Shown one piece after another: positions 1-10,622 of a stretch of DNA of 64,000 nt. The stretch comes from Lingula anatina (lineage: Eukaryota; Animalia; Brachiopoda): positions 52,616,788 to 52,680,787 of the forward strand of contig CM120640.1 in assembly GCA_051362555.1 (NCBI GenBank). The letters run 5' to 3'. The notes beneath the pieces were generated by a model, which was not told the origin of the DNA, searched no databases, and worked only from the letters and a program-made list of their open reading frames with translations. Position numbers and translations under genes: made by a program. The first letter of the stretch is position 1, and each line of letters opens with the position of its first letter.

Positions 1-2324
1 AAGATGAATTGGCAAAGAGTAAGGTGGATTAAAAGCAAATGGTACTATTTACTGGTTTAAGTATTCGAAATTTTAACTCGTTTTGAAAATCTGCAATAGT
101 GATCAGCTAGCTCATCCTGTAGGTGTTCCGAGGCACGGTTGAGGGGCGGTGGGCGGGCTAAGGCTCATCTATGAAAAATAATCTCGTCTGCTCTTCTTTT
201 TACTGTATCGGTTCTTGACTGCATTATTCAAATGAACTAGGCAGGTGGGCCGCTTGCACGACCAACTGCTCGGTCATGCTGGGGTTAGCGACCGTTAAAG
301 AAATTTTAGGTGATATGTAGTCCCGATCTTTCTAAAAGAAATCGGTCTATGGTATGATACGAGTTTATAATGGTTCAGGTTCACCAACTTTTACACCGCA
401 TCTATTCTGTACAATGTAAAAGTGGACTAAGAGTTTCAGACGACAAAAAATGAAATAGTTTTGTGTTTATGGTTTTGATTATGCGAAATACACATTATTT
501 TGTCAATGGTAAACGAAAACATATTTTGTGTATTCTGGAAAAGAGCGATTAAAAAACTTTCAGCAAGCTTTTTGGTTCCTGGTAACATTCCATCTTTGCC
601 ATTCCATCTTTGTCCTGTCTCTGTCTGCATCTTGGTGAAAAATGACCAATCAAACTCAACTCGCGCCCCTATGGTAGACTTGGTGTTCATTTTACACAAA
701 ATTGGGAGGGTATCCTGTGAATGAATGCCTGGCACACTCGATCTGACATAAGGATGTGTTTTCAATAGCCTGGCACGCGCTAAGTTCATACATATGCTAA
801 AATGTCCTCTGATATTAGCCATATTCACCGCTTCGAATTCAAGTGTCTGCCATCTGTTCTACCCAGCAACGCAGACGGGGGATAAAGCGGGACCACCACA
901 CCGCAATCGTCGGGCATAATTACGCTGGTCCCTCAATTTTCTTAAAACCCCTAAGCATCGCCCTTTTTACAAGAAACGGCTCTTGATGAATTATTAGAGG
1001 AGCCCAAGGCGTCGAAGCAGTAAAATTTTGCAATTGAAGAGCTGTTTTCAAAAGTTTAATTGTACGGAAAAGTAATTTCGGTTTCTTCAAAAATATACGG
1101 GCGACTAATCATATTCAGATGCTCACAATGTGCTCGTGCCAGCTCGTATCACTTTTGAAAATAAAAACTTTGAGTCGTCTGCGTTTCAGTCCTTTGAACA
1201 TAATTGGCGGCTAATGTCAACGAAATATGAAAAGAAGGACACTTGTGGCCCCGCACACGCCGGCTGTTCTATGTTTACTCGCATAGTTTTAATACTTCAC
1301 ATTTTAGAAATGTTGAAAAAAGAGGTGGTGCATGGGTTGACACTTCATTAAAGCCAGGAATGTGAAGTGCTATGGCGGGCGCGTGCACACATAATGCTAT
1401 GTCAACTCGTTGGGAAGTGGAACAACATTTCATGTGTATCGTGCCTGTTTATCTACGGGTCTTGATCATGTTTGCGGAGCAATCTTCGGCAAAAAATCTA
1501 TCAAGAACGAGTGGTTAATTTCCTGAATATCCAGTGACATCAAAGGAGCAAATGCAAATATTATGCCAAGACTTTGCTTCTCCTGCGCTCTGATTGGCTG
1601 GAAGTTGCTCCAGCTGCCGCGAGTCGCGTGTCGCATTGATTGACACCCGGTCCCAACACCTGCCGCTTACGTCACCCGCACGCTGGTTCTGGTCATTAGC
1701 TGTTACATCCAATCTTTAAGATGTTTGTTCTGTTTTTCAAGAGGTTCCTGGACGGTCTACAATATTTGTTAATAGATTTACGACTCGAGCGTGGCACCTT
1801 CTTTTGCCGTGTACATCGCCGCTACCGATAGTTGGTTTGCTTACATTTATCGTTCCATTATACTTTTCGTTAGAACATACAGTGCAGTTCTTCACCTTTA
1901 TACTCCGCAAATTTATTATATATATTGTGATAAATTATCTTTGTTATATCCCCAAGGGCATACAAATAGCGGTATGTTACGATTGATAAATTGTCTTCTT
2001 AATCGAAAGATATCTGCCAAATGGCAGCTTTGGCTATCTGTAGCGGACAATGCTACGACTGAAGGGCAAGTAAACTAAACTTGCTCAACGTTGCTCGCTG
2101 ACAAGATTTCAAACGGCAAACATTTGTTTAAAGAGAAGTGGGACCATGTGTTTAAGTTGACAAAATGATTCAATCCGCCCCCAGAGAGATCCACTCCATT
2201 TCTGGTAACATTCCATCTTTGCCAAGCGCGCATTCGCATGTGTCGTCCGCACATCTGTCGTGTCTTCTGCTCTTTTTCCACGTGCCATTGCCCGGCAACC
2301 AAAACCTCAGTCTGTTTTTTTTGC

Positions 2325-2350
2325 CTCTCTCTCTCTCTCTCTCTCTCTCT
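2325..2350. repeat. (CT)13 microsatellite
   Basis: Directly visible. Confidence 0.95.
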
Positions 2351-4619
2351 AAGAAGGCCCTGTGCATTGGTCTGTGTGTTTTATGTAGTATTAAAGACTT
2401 TGGTGGTTTTAAGGGGTTCCAATATTATTTAGAAATGAGAACGCGCATCTGTTTGGAGGGAAACAACGAAAGAAAATAACATTTCTAATAAGTGAATCAG
2501 CTTAATTGGCAGATTTCGCTGGATTTATAGCGATTCTTTAATGCCACATTATCGAGAAAGAAGCAAGGTCTCATGGGTATTAATTTTGCGGTACACTATT
2601 AACCTGCCAATCACATCTTCACGGCACGTGCGTCGGCGACACTTCTCCACAGCGCTTCTTATTATGCAAATCAGGGTCGTGTGCCGTACGTTTTTCTCCA
2701 GAAGAATATGAGTTTATCGATCGGTGATTTTTGCAGTGTGTTCGTCGTGTTTCTTCCATCGCGGGAAGCGTCTAAGACCGAGAGTAGCGTGGGAAAAACG
2801 GGGTAGTGCGTTCCACGAGGCGAAGCGTTATCTCTATGTGCACAGAAAAAATAAATTGTCTGTAATGATGAATACGAGAGAGACGCCTGCTTCAAGATTG
2901 CAGACAAAATTATGCTTTAGCAACCCGCTCCAGGGCTGAGCGGACGTGTCACCCCTATCTTGAGATCAAGTTTCACAGCACTTCAACTGAAAACTCCAAA
3001 TACGTACACGCTTTATTTTAAATCATTTTCAACACTTGATACGATGCTGCTGGTAGCGCATGCAACGCTGTTGCAAGCTGGCGATCAACTTTCAGTCGAT
3101 CTCTTCGTCATGTCGTTGCCATAAGCTCCCAGTTTGTCATGATTAATTAAGAAGCAGCTGAGGCCAGTTGATTCACCTACTTGTGCCCTCTACATATCCA
3201 GTAACGAACATTTTTAATTACTGAGACAAACCTAAGTTGATTGGGAAATCTGTGTGAAAAGCGAAATTACTTAATCCCTCTGTTTACTCATCCTACCTAA
3301 TCGTTATTAGGCACAATTGTGACCAATTTTGAATCAATTAATAGATAAATCACACGCAAATGACCGGTCTATTGTCAGTCTGGACGGCTTGGCAGGGGAC
3401 AAGGGGGCGAACACCTTGACGCAGTGGGTGACACCTTAATTTGTTGCGTGCTCTGCTGCCAAGTTGTTAGTTGAATTACAGCGTTCGACACTGAGACCTT
3501 TCTTGGTAAGGCAGCTGAGCCGAGGCTTGAGATTCCAAATAACTTCGACTCACAAGGAAAAGTTTAGGGAACACGTGTTCAACATATTAAATTCGATACT
3601 TTTTTTGAAAATGAAGTATTGCCCATCGCACCTACTGCATTTTTGGGTGTTAAGTGCGACGCAGCGAACATGTCACGCACAAGTGTAAGGGCCCCTGTTG
3701 CGAAGGCTCGAGGAAGCCCAATTTAAGCGGCTTACCATTTCCTCTGGCTTCGATTTGGAAGGGAAAATTGTGTAGATGGCAAATTCTTTAATTAGAAGCG
3801 GGAATCACACTTCACTGACTTGGCATGTACGGACACAGTATTAAACTGTCAGCGTTTTAACTAAGGGAAGCTTGTACATTATTTTGCCTGAAATTAATAA
3901 ATTCAGGTATGTGGTTGCCACTGTTTTACTATTGTATTTTAACAACTTTTAATGTTCAGTAGAACGTAGCGAATGATACGCCTGGGGGGACGGGCTTGCT
4001 TTACCCACCCAAAAAGGTCATGGGAACCCATCGCTTTGTCGGAGCCTAGTACTGAGAGCCCCCCTTTGATTTTCCCACACCGCAATGTTACTGTAATCTT
4101 CCCATGAACAAGAGGGAGACAGGTAGGGATGCTTACGGAGAGCATCGGGCGGTTAGATCAACTTCGCTCTAGGTATACATAAAAAATGCCATTTGAATGA
4201 CAAAAATTAATATGTTGATTTTATTTTGACAAAGGAATTTACGGCGACAGTGAGAAAACAATCGTGTTTTCACTTTTTACCTGAGTGTTGATTAGCCGAC
4301 ACCTTAATTACACAGTCTTCTTGTTTACTCTGACCGGTCGTGACATCAATGTTTTTGCGTAAGTCAAAGTGGGCTCTCGAGGTGATGGCGTTCAGTGTTC
4401 AGGGCAAACGGCACATTTATGTTTTCGTCGAAATTACTACCCACCACGGTCGATAAAGCTACTAATGTTTTACGTATATTTCACTGGAAAACGGCGCAAT
4501 GAAAAATAGAGGTTTACCTATATTACATCTACCACTCATCAGCGGTCTCAATCATTCACTTGCTTACTCACTATTTTTAGTGTAAAGCCATGCCCTCATA
4601 TTCATGTGAACTGTTTACA

Positions 4620-4760
4620 TTCGCTCAGCCAATTAATGCGTCCGTAGGCGGGGTTTCCGTAACTGATTCACTCCTATTGGTCAATTGCCTACGCCATGTG
4701 CATTCTGTGATTAGATCTCGCGTGGCTAAATAGGGTGCGAGTGATCGTGTTAGTCAGTTC
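4620..4760 (+). promoter_or_regulatory. SoxC core/proximal promoter (CCAAT boxes, GC box, TATA-like element, initiator)
   Basis: Seen: CCAAT at ~4629, GGCGGG at ~4647, reverse CCAAT (ATTGG) at ~4676, TAAATA at 4727-4732 and TCAGTT at 4754-4759. TAAATA sits at -29 from the Inr A at 4756, which is canonical TATA-Inr spacing. The TSS itself is inferred. Confidence 0.65.
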
Positions 4761-4902
4761 AAGCTGTAGTCTTCCAAAGCAGTGCTACGTGAAAATCACT
4801 ACGAAAAGACTTGCTAAATTTACCGTTTTTACCACAAGTTGGACATCTTTTAGTTTTCTATGTTAAGGCTGGAGCTATTCTGAAGCCCATCGATGTGAAA
4901 TC

Positions 4903-5970
4903 ATGGTTCCGCAAAACAGCAACGGTACACCCGACCAGTTCGGCTCACAGATCGTGAAGCCCGACTCCGTGACCCCTTACTCGGACGCTACTCAGTGTAA
5001 GAAGTCTTCCAACCACATCAAGCGTCCGATGAACGCCTTTATGGTATGGTCGCAGATCGAGAGAAGGAAAATTAGTGAGGTGGCCCCAGATATGCACAAC
5101 GCCGAGATCAGCAAGCGCCTGGGCAAGCGATGGAAGATGTTAAACGACGTTGAACGCCAGCCATTCATCGAGGAAGCTGAGCGTCTGAGATTACTACACA
5201 TGCAGGAATATCCTGACTACAAGTACAGACCAAGGAAGAAGGTGAAGCCCAACCCCAAGTCTGAGACGAGTGGGAAGGTCGTGAAAAGCACCTCCTCCGG
5301 TAAGAAAAGTGATAGACTTAAAAGTAAGCATCCTGGCGCTGTCCGCTCTAGTTTCACTTCATCTAACAGCAGCGACAGCAGCGAGCTGAATAACAATCGA
5401 CTCAAATTGAAACTGACTATTGATAAGAAGTTCAAAGACAACATTAGAGAGAGTAAGTACGTGCCCGTCTCGGCGTGTCAGCTCACACCTCCGGCCAAAG
5501 TCCCCTCCAGCCCCAGCTCCGAGCTGCCAGCCACCCCGGAGTCGACCAGTTTCTACGAAGACATGTACGATAGTTACGATGTTCCCAGTCACAATAACAA
5601 CAACCTCTCGCCTCAAGAAATGAAAGCTCAGCAGCTCCCAGTCGCGATCAGCTCGCAACAGCAGCAATATCAACAACTACAGACCTCAGACGTCGCCATG
5701 CAAATTGACAATGCAACAACAGGCCAGAATACGACCCTCACAGACTTGGATAATCTCACGGACATTCTTCAGGTACCAAACAACTGGCAGTATGAGCAAG
5801 GGACCCTGCTGGATTTGGGGAAACTTGCAGATACTGACTTTAATCTGGACACTTTGCCGTTGGTTTCGTCTCATTTTGAATTTCCCGACTACTCAACGCC
5901 AGAGGTAGCCGAAATGATAGACGGGGACTGGCTGGAAACCAGTCTCGGCTCCTTAGTCCCCACTAAGTGA
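4903..5970 (+). CDS. SoxC: SoxC-group HMG-box transcription factor (Sox4/11/12 orthologue), single exon, 355 aa
   Basis: Seen: intact ORF with HMG box [20 protein letters not shown]...[19 protein letters not shown]...[27 protein letters not shown] and C-terminal [23 protein letters not shown]. Known: [22 protein letters not shown] and the FEFPDY.TPEV.EMI..DWL transactivation tail are diagnostic of group C Sox proteins. Confidence 0.97.
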   Translation: MVPQNSNGTPDQFGSQIVKPDSVTPYSDATQCKKSSNHIKRPMNAFMVWSQIERRKISEVAPDMHNAEISKRLGKRWKMLNDVERQPFIEEAERLRLLHMQEYPDYKYRPRKKVKPNPKSETSGKVVKSTSSGKKSDRLKSKHPGAVRSSFTSSNSSDSSELNNNRLKLKLTIDKKFKDNIRESKYVPVSACQLTPPAKVPSSPSSELPATPESTSFYEDMYDSYDVPSHNNNNLSPQEMKAQQLPVAISSQQQQYQQLQTSDVAMQIDNATTGQNTTLTDLDNLTDILQVPNNWQYEQGTLLDLGKLADTDFNLDTLPLVSSHFEFPDYSTPEVAEMIDGDWLETSLGSLVPTK

Positions 5971-7050
5971 CTCGGTTCACCATGGAAACCGCTGATGAAG
6001 GCGCAACGTGCTCAGTGACTATTAGGTTAGACGCTGCAGGGACTTTTCATAAGTGACCTAGGTCACTCGTTGATAGCGCATCAAGTTTCTATGGCGACCA
6101 GACATGTAAATATTCTGTACAGATCATTCTTCATCATTCATTTTGTCACCCACGTCATCGCATTATTTCTTTCATATTCTTCATCATTGAACACTGACGA
6201 TTATTTATTCTATGCACCACAGACTTTGAACTTTTCATACTCTATGAATTAAGGACCATTCAACGTGGATTGCAATATTATATTTTTGTGATTATGATAA
6301 GGAGAGGACAGACCTGACTGCGATATTAAAGCCATATGTAACTTTTTCTATTCCATATTTGCAATGACTTGGAAGTTCAACTTAGCAGGGCTATGAACAC
6401 AAGGAAACTATTCACATCGATGTATATATATATAGACTCGAACAAACTCAGCTTGAGTTAATTTTGTACAGACATTGAGAAAGAAAAGGGTCGATTGAAA
6501 AGAGCCGGGCCGGCCAGGCGGCTTTTGTATGTAGTTATTCCTGTATATATACAGAGGATTATAACGGACCAGAGTCTATTTAGTTTTCTCAGCCAAAAAT
6601 TTTGTACGTTTCCTACAATTTTATAAAAGGCGGTTTCTATATATAAATATTAAGTTTAGTTTTGCATTCTTTCCAAACACCATAATTTTCGTCATGTCGA
6701 TTTAATATTAAGCTTTTATATAAGTTTTGGATGTTTTTAAAACCGCATACTATGCGTGGGTAGTTTGTAATTACTTATGTATGTGAACATACTCTTATGT
6801 ATTTGTGTTGTAGTTCTAAGGGGAACGCCTCCCCGATTATAATACTTTACACATACCGTTTAGTAATGTGTGTATAAAAATCGTAAGTTATTATTTCCAT
6901 CGAAAGACATTGCAATATTTTGAGGGCACAGAAGGCCTTTGTGATTTATAGTAATTCCTAAATGGATATTTGTACACGAGAAGCCTATATTATTGTAGTA
7001 AAAAAGAATCTAAAATTGAAAAGAAGCCGACGTTGTTGATTTTGTGTCAC
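5971..7050 (+). other. Probable SoxC 3'UTR (AU-rich; 3' end approximate)
   Basis: Seen: AU-rich tract after the stop, with TGTAHATA motifs at 6105, 6421 and 6542. No AATAAA was seen before 7683. The variant signal AGTAAA at ~6997 is followed by a GU-rich tract at ~7032-7048. The end point is inferred. Confidence 0.5.
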
Positions 7051-7857
7051 ACAATCCTTTCAGTACACATTCGCGATATAGTTGTAAGACAGCAACTAGT
7101 AATAGGGGATCATTTCCGCGTGGTTAAGTTTTAACTGACTGGCAGCTTGAGTCAGCGTTGTTTGTCGGACTGTTTTCGTCTCATGAGATGTCATCCAGTT
7201 AAACTCGGCCAATATTTATGCACTGGCCATTGTTCCCCTCACCTGCCGGGGCGGAGGGTGGCATCGATTGTGATTGTTAACCGTATTGAGCCCCACTCGA
7301 AAATTACAGTGATTTAACGTTGATTCAACTCCGCGTACCTGTGCATTAGCCGTAAGTCAAATAACTCATTTGCAGTTAAACGCTTTCCAAAGCCCGGGGG
7401 TGCGGCTGGTATACAGCGAAGGGTAGCGTTCTTTCGGTCTAAGCAAACAGTCTGCTACACGGGGTAAAGTAGTTCAACTGTCTGGGTTTTTTTTTTTCGA
7501 ATACCTAACTCCTTCGCTTTAGCTTCTGCCCGGCGCAACGCGTTTTCAGACGCAAGACTCAGACAGACAGACAGCTGGCCTTGTAGAAGTAAATTGTGAT
7601 TCTAAATAGCGATTATTCAAGTCGGTTGCTCTCGACAAGTAGCTTATTCAGAGGGCTGCACTCTCGGCAGTTGATACGTCGCAATAAATTATGTAATTTC
7701 CAATTTTCGCCAAGGCGTAGATACTCCTAATACACGGGCACACAGGGGGATTCAATAACGTGAACCCACGAATTGGGGTAAAACTGGGTCATACGTGGGG
7801 GTCACTTCGGCAGCGGAAATTCACTGCGGATGAGGTCACACGTATCAACCATCTTAA

Positions 7858-9023
7858 GGATGTAGATAACAGGGGTAGCTATCTTCTAAACCGGCCAAGA
7901 TATACCAACATGTTACATATCAATAGAAAGCTTATTTCAACAGCTCTTCATTTCATATCCTTATTTTATTATGTAATCGTTACGTAATGAGATATAATGC
8001 TTAATACGTGTGCTCAACATGATCTTTACACCTTAAAAACTAGAAGTCCACTACAAATGGACATGTGTAGACAGCTTGACTCATGAGCCCTCATAGGGAT
8101 CAACAAGAATGCGCCTCAAATTAGCGATATGTGTTAAATTAGCAGAGATATCAAAATAAACTTGGTTTCCAGTTCATCGAGACCCCCTAGCCTAACTAAA
8201 GCATGCCTAAGTTGAAAACGGAGCTGATGTTATGAAATCCCAGACACATACTTTCAGACAAACCTTAGATCTAACGAATGAATACTAGCTTTCATCAGTT
8301 GAAAGTTCTAATTAATTTTGACACTGGTCTATATCGTTCTCTTGAAGCCATAAACTGAAGCAGAGAAATCAGCCTTTTAGTGCTCCCCGGAGATTCCAAC
8401 GTTATATAATCAGTGAGCTGCATTGGCAAGCTGAGAAATTTAGTTATTTATACTGGTTCAGCCCTCTACTCACTGCCTATGTAACTGTCACTATGTCTTT
8501 CATCCATTTTCAACATTAATATTGAACATTTTCAACCGGAGGCCCCCTCCATGCATTGACAGCAGCCACCATGTTAGTTGTGACGTCAGCATTCTTCACC
8601 ACGTGACACCTAGGGGGAGTGCCTTTGCCCATATACGTCTCATCTATATGTCTGCTTTTTAAAGCTTTAATAGATCGTCAGAATTAAGTTCACTGATAAA
8701 TTCAAAATGAAAAGTATTGTTTGGCAAGTGAAAGCGCGACGTTACTCACAGAATGTGATAGGCTTAGCAGCAATCTAGTACGGGAAATATACAGCTGCAC
8801 AGTGGAGCTGCCAATCAAACACATATATGGACAAGTGTGACCTACTTTAAAACTCAGACACGCTACCACCGGGGTAAATCAGCAATTAGGCTAAAATTAC
8901 GGGTTTATTTGTAAACTTCCATTATTTTAAGATAGGTTGATATGTAGTTGATATTTCATCTATCTAATACTGACAAATTCAGAAAAACACCCAAATTTTG
9001 ACAATTTACTGTTATCTACATCC
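7858..9023. mobile_element. Non-autonomous Kolobok-like DNA transposon (1166 bp)
   Basis: Seen: perfect 15-bp TIRs GGATGTAGATAACAG (7858-7872) / CTGTTATCTACATCC (9009-9023), flanked by TTAA at 7854-7857 and 9024-9027; no long ORF. Known: a TTAA TSD with purine (GG) termini fits Kolobok rather than piggyBac (CC termini). Confidence 0.8.
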
Positions 9024-10569
9024 TTAAGCCCCTTAGTGATATTTCCTCCTCTTTCTATAAGGTACCCAATCACCCTGATTAAGTTGTGTATATTATACGC
9101 TGTGGTCTTGCTCGCGATGTGGTGCGGATTGAGATTAATCCTTTAGCACGCAGAACGAGTTCGAGAAGTTCGCGCACTAAAAATTGTGGCGAGAGGCAGT
9201 CGCAGGTCATTCTCTAGGACTTGGGTCTAGTTTCGTGTCGGGCCTGAAGTAATACACGGGGAAATCGTCCGACAGATCAATAGCTGTCAGCGCTTCACCT
9301 TTTCACGAGGTAGACGACCCGAAAATGCCCGACACGGTTGTTTACTATTTTATTTATTTACTTTTCCTTTTAACTTTTTGTTGACCCGGGGTCAGGGCTG
9401 TACACTGTTAAAGAATAAACGTTGTGTATTTACGTGACGACTGGCTATTGTGAAGGGAGTATCACTGTTTACCTTGGGAATAAGCACGCAGATGTCAGGC
9501 AAATAGTTCATGTCGGGTTTGGCCGTTTTTATCGCTTATTTCTCCACTGAACGGGTACATATTTCTGATAGGCAAAGCCGTCATAGCGCCAGGGTTTCGC
9601 ACTGTATAAAGGTTGCCAAATTGGCAAATGTTCACCTCGACTTTGACTGAAATAGTGCAAAATTTTCACACCTTTCTCGTGCCCGTCGTCACCGTAATCA
9701 GTAATACTTGTCCAGCGTTATGACGACTTTACTGCACTCCAGTCTCGCCAATACTATCAGTCAAGTATTAATCTAATACATAGCTTATACAACAAAAACA
9801 ACATGCGTGACATCAAGCGCCTTATCTTCTGCTAATTCATTGATACAGTACTCGTGCGGTGAAAGGGAAACGGGCCCGCGGTACCCTGATCTTTCCGGGA
9901 GTGATTCAATTTTACTTACGGACATGAAAATAAAGTCAGCCGAGACAGTCTGGGAAACGGTTGGATGAGCCACTAGTGCGATTGCGTGACGCGAATGCAT
10001 CATGTCGCCTAAAAAGATGAAACTGATTCTGTTAAATTTGGCTACATTTTACGGACTGCTTGGCAAATCTAGCGCATTTCACGAAAGAACAAATTCATAG
10101 CTGACGCAATTTCTGAAGTAGACAGCATAGGTTTTATTTCCAATAATCCTTTATTGGGCCGAAATATCAGTAGGTTGTATTTTACGCGTGAAGGTTCAAT
10201 AAAGTCGACGCCGTACTGAATTAATGGCGCTACTCGATCACATGCCTACAAACACGTTACGTATATCAGCAAACTGAGTCAGAAATCTTCTAAAAGTGAC
10301 AAGTTACAGGTGAGATGCAGGTGTTCTTGACTGTTCCCAGTTTCCCCTGTACAGATGCCATAACCATGTTGTGGAGAGCAATAAATGTGCACGGGAAAAG
10401 ATGAGTGATAAACCTCTTCACGTATTGGAGCAAGAACGGGTTTTGCGCATCTAGAAATCCGTCCATATATCAACCATATCTAGGGACGCAGGAGATACAC
10501 GGAAAGATAAATTTAGGTTAAGTGAAGATTGTACATGACGCAAAATATCCTGGCCCATACCCCTTTCAT

Positions 10570-10622
10570 GCACACACACAAACACACACTCTCTCTCTCT
10601 CACAGACGCGCGCGCGCGCGTA
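10570..10622. repeat. Compound microsatellite (CA)n-(CT)n-(CG)7
   Basis: Directly visible; (CG)7 at 10607-10620. Confidence 0.9.

Noticed and set aside
579-601. The duplicated 23-mer as a miRNA (minus strand contains TGGAATGT, miR-1-like)
   Set aside because: Neither copy has a complementary arm forming a pre-miRNA hairpin, and the rest does not match miR-1.
4992-5908. Antisense and alternate-frame ORFs overlapping SoxC
   Set aside because: Expected shadows of a GC-richer coding region with no recognisable domains.
9234-9336. Hammerhead ribozyme reading of the fold-back (CTGAAGT...GAAA)
   Set aside because: The core is CUGAAGU rather than CUGANGA, there is no stem II, and no correctly placed UH cleavage site.
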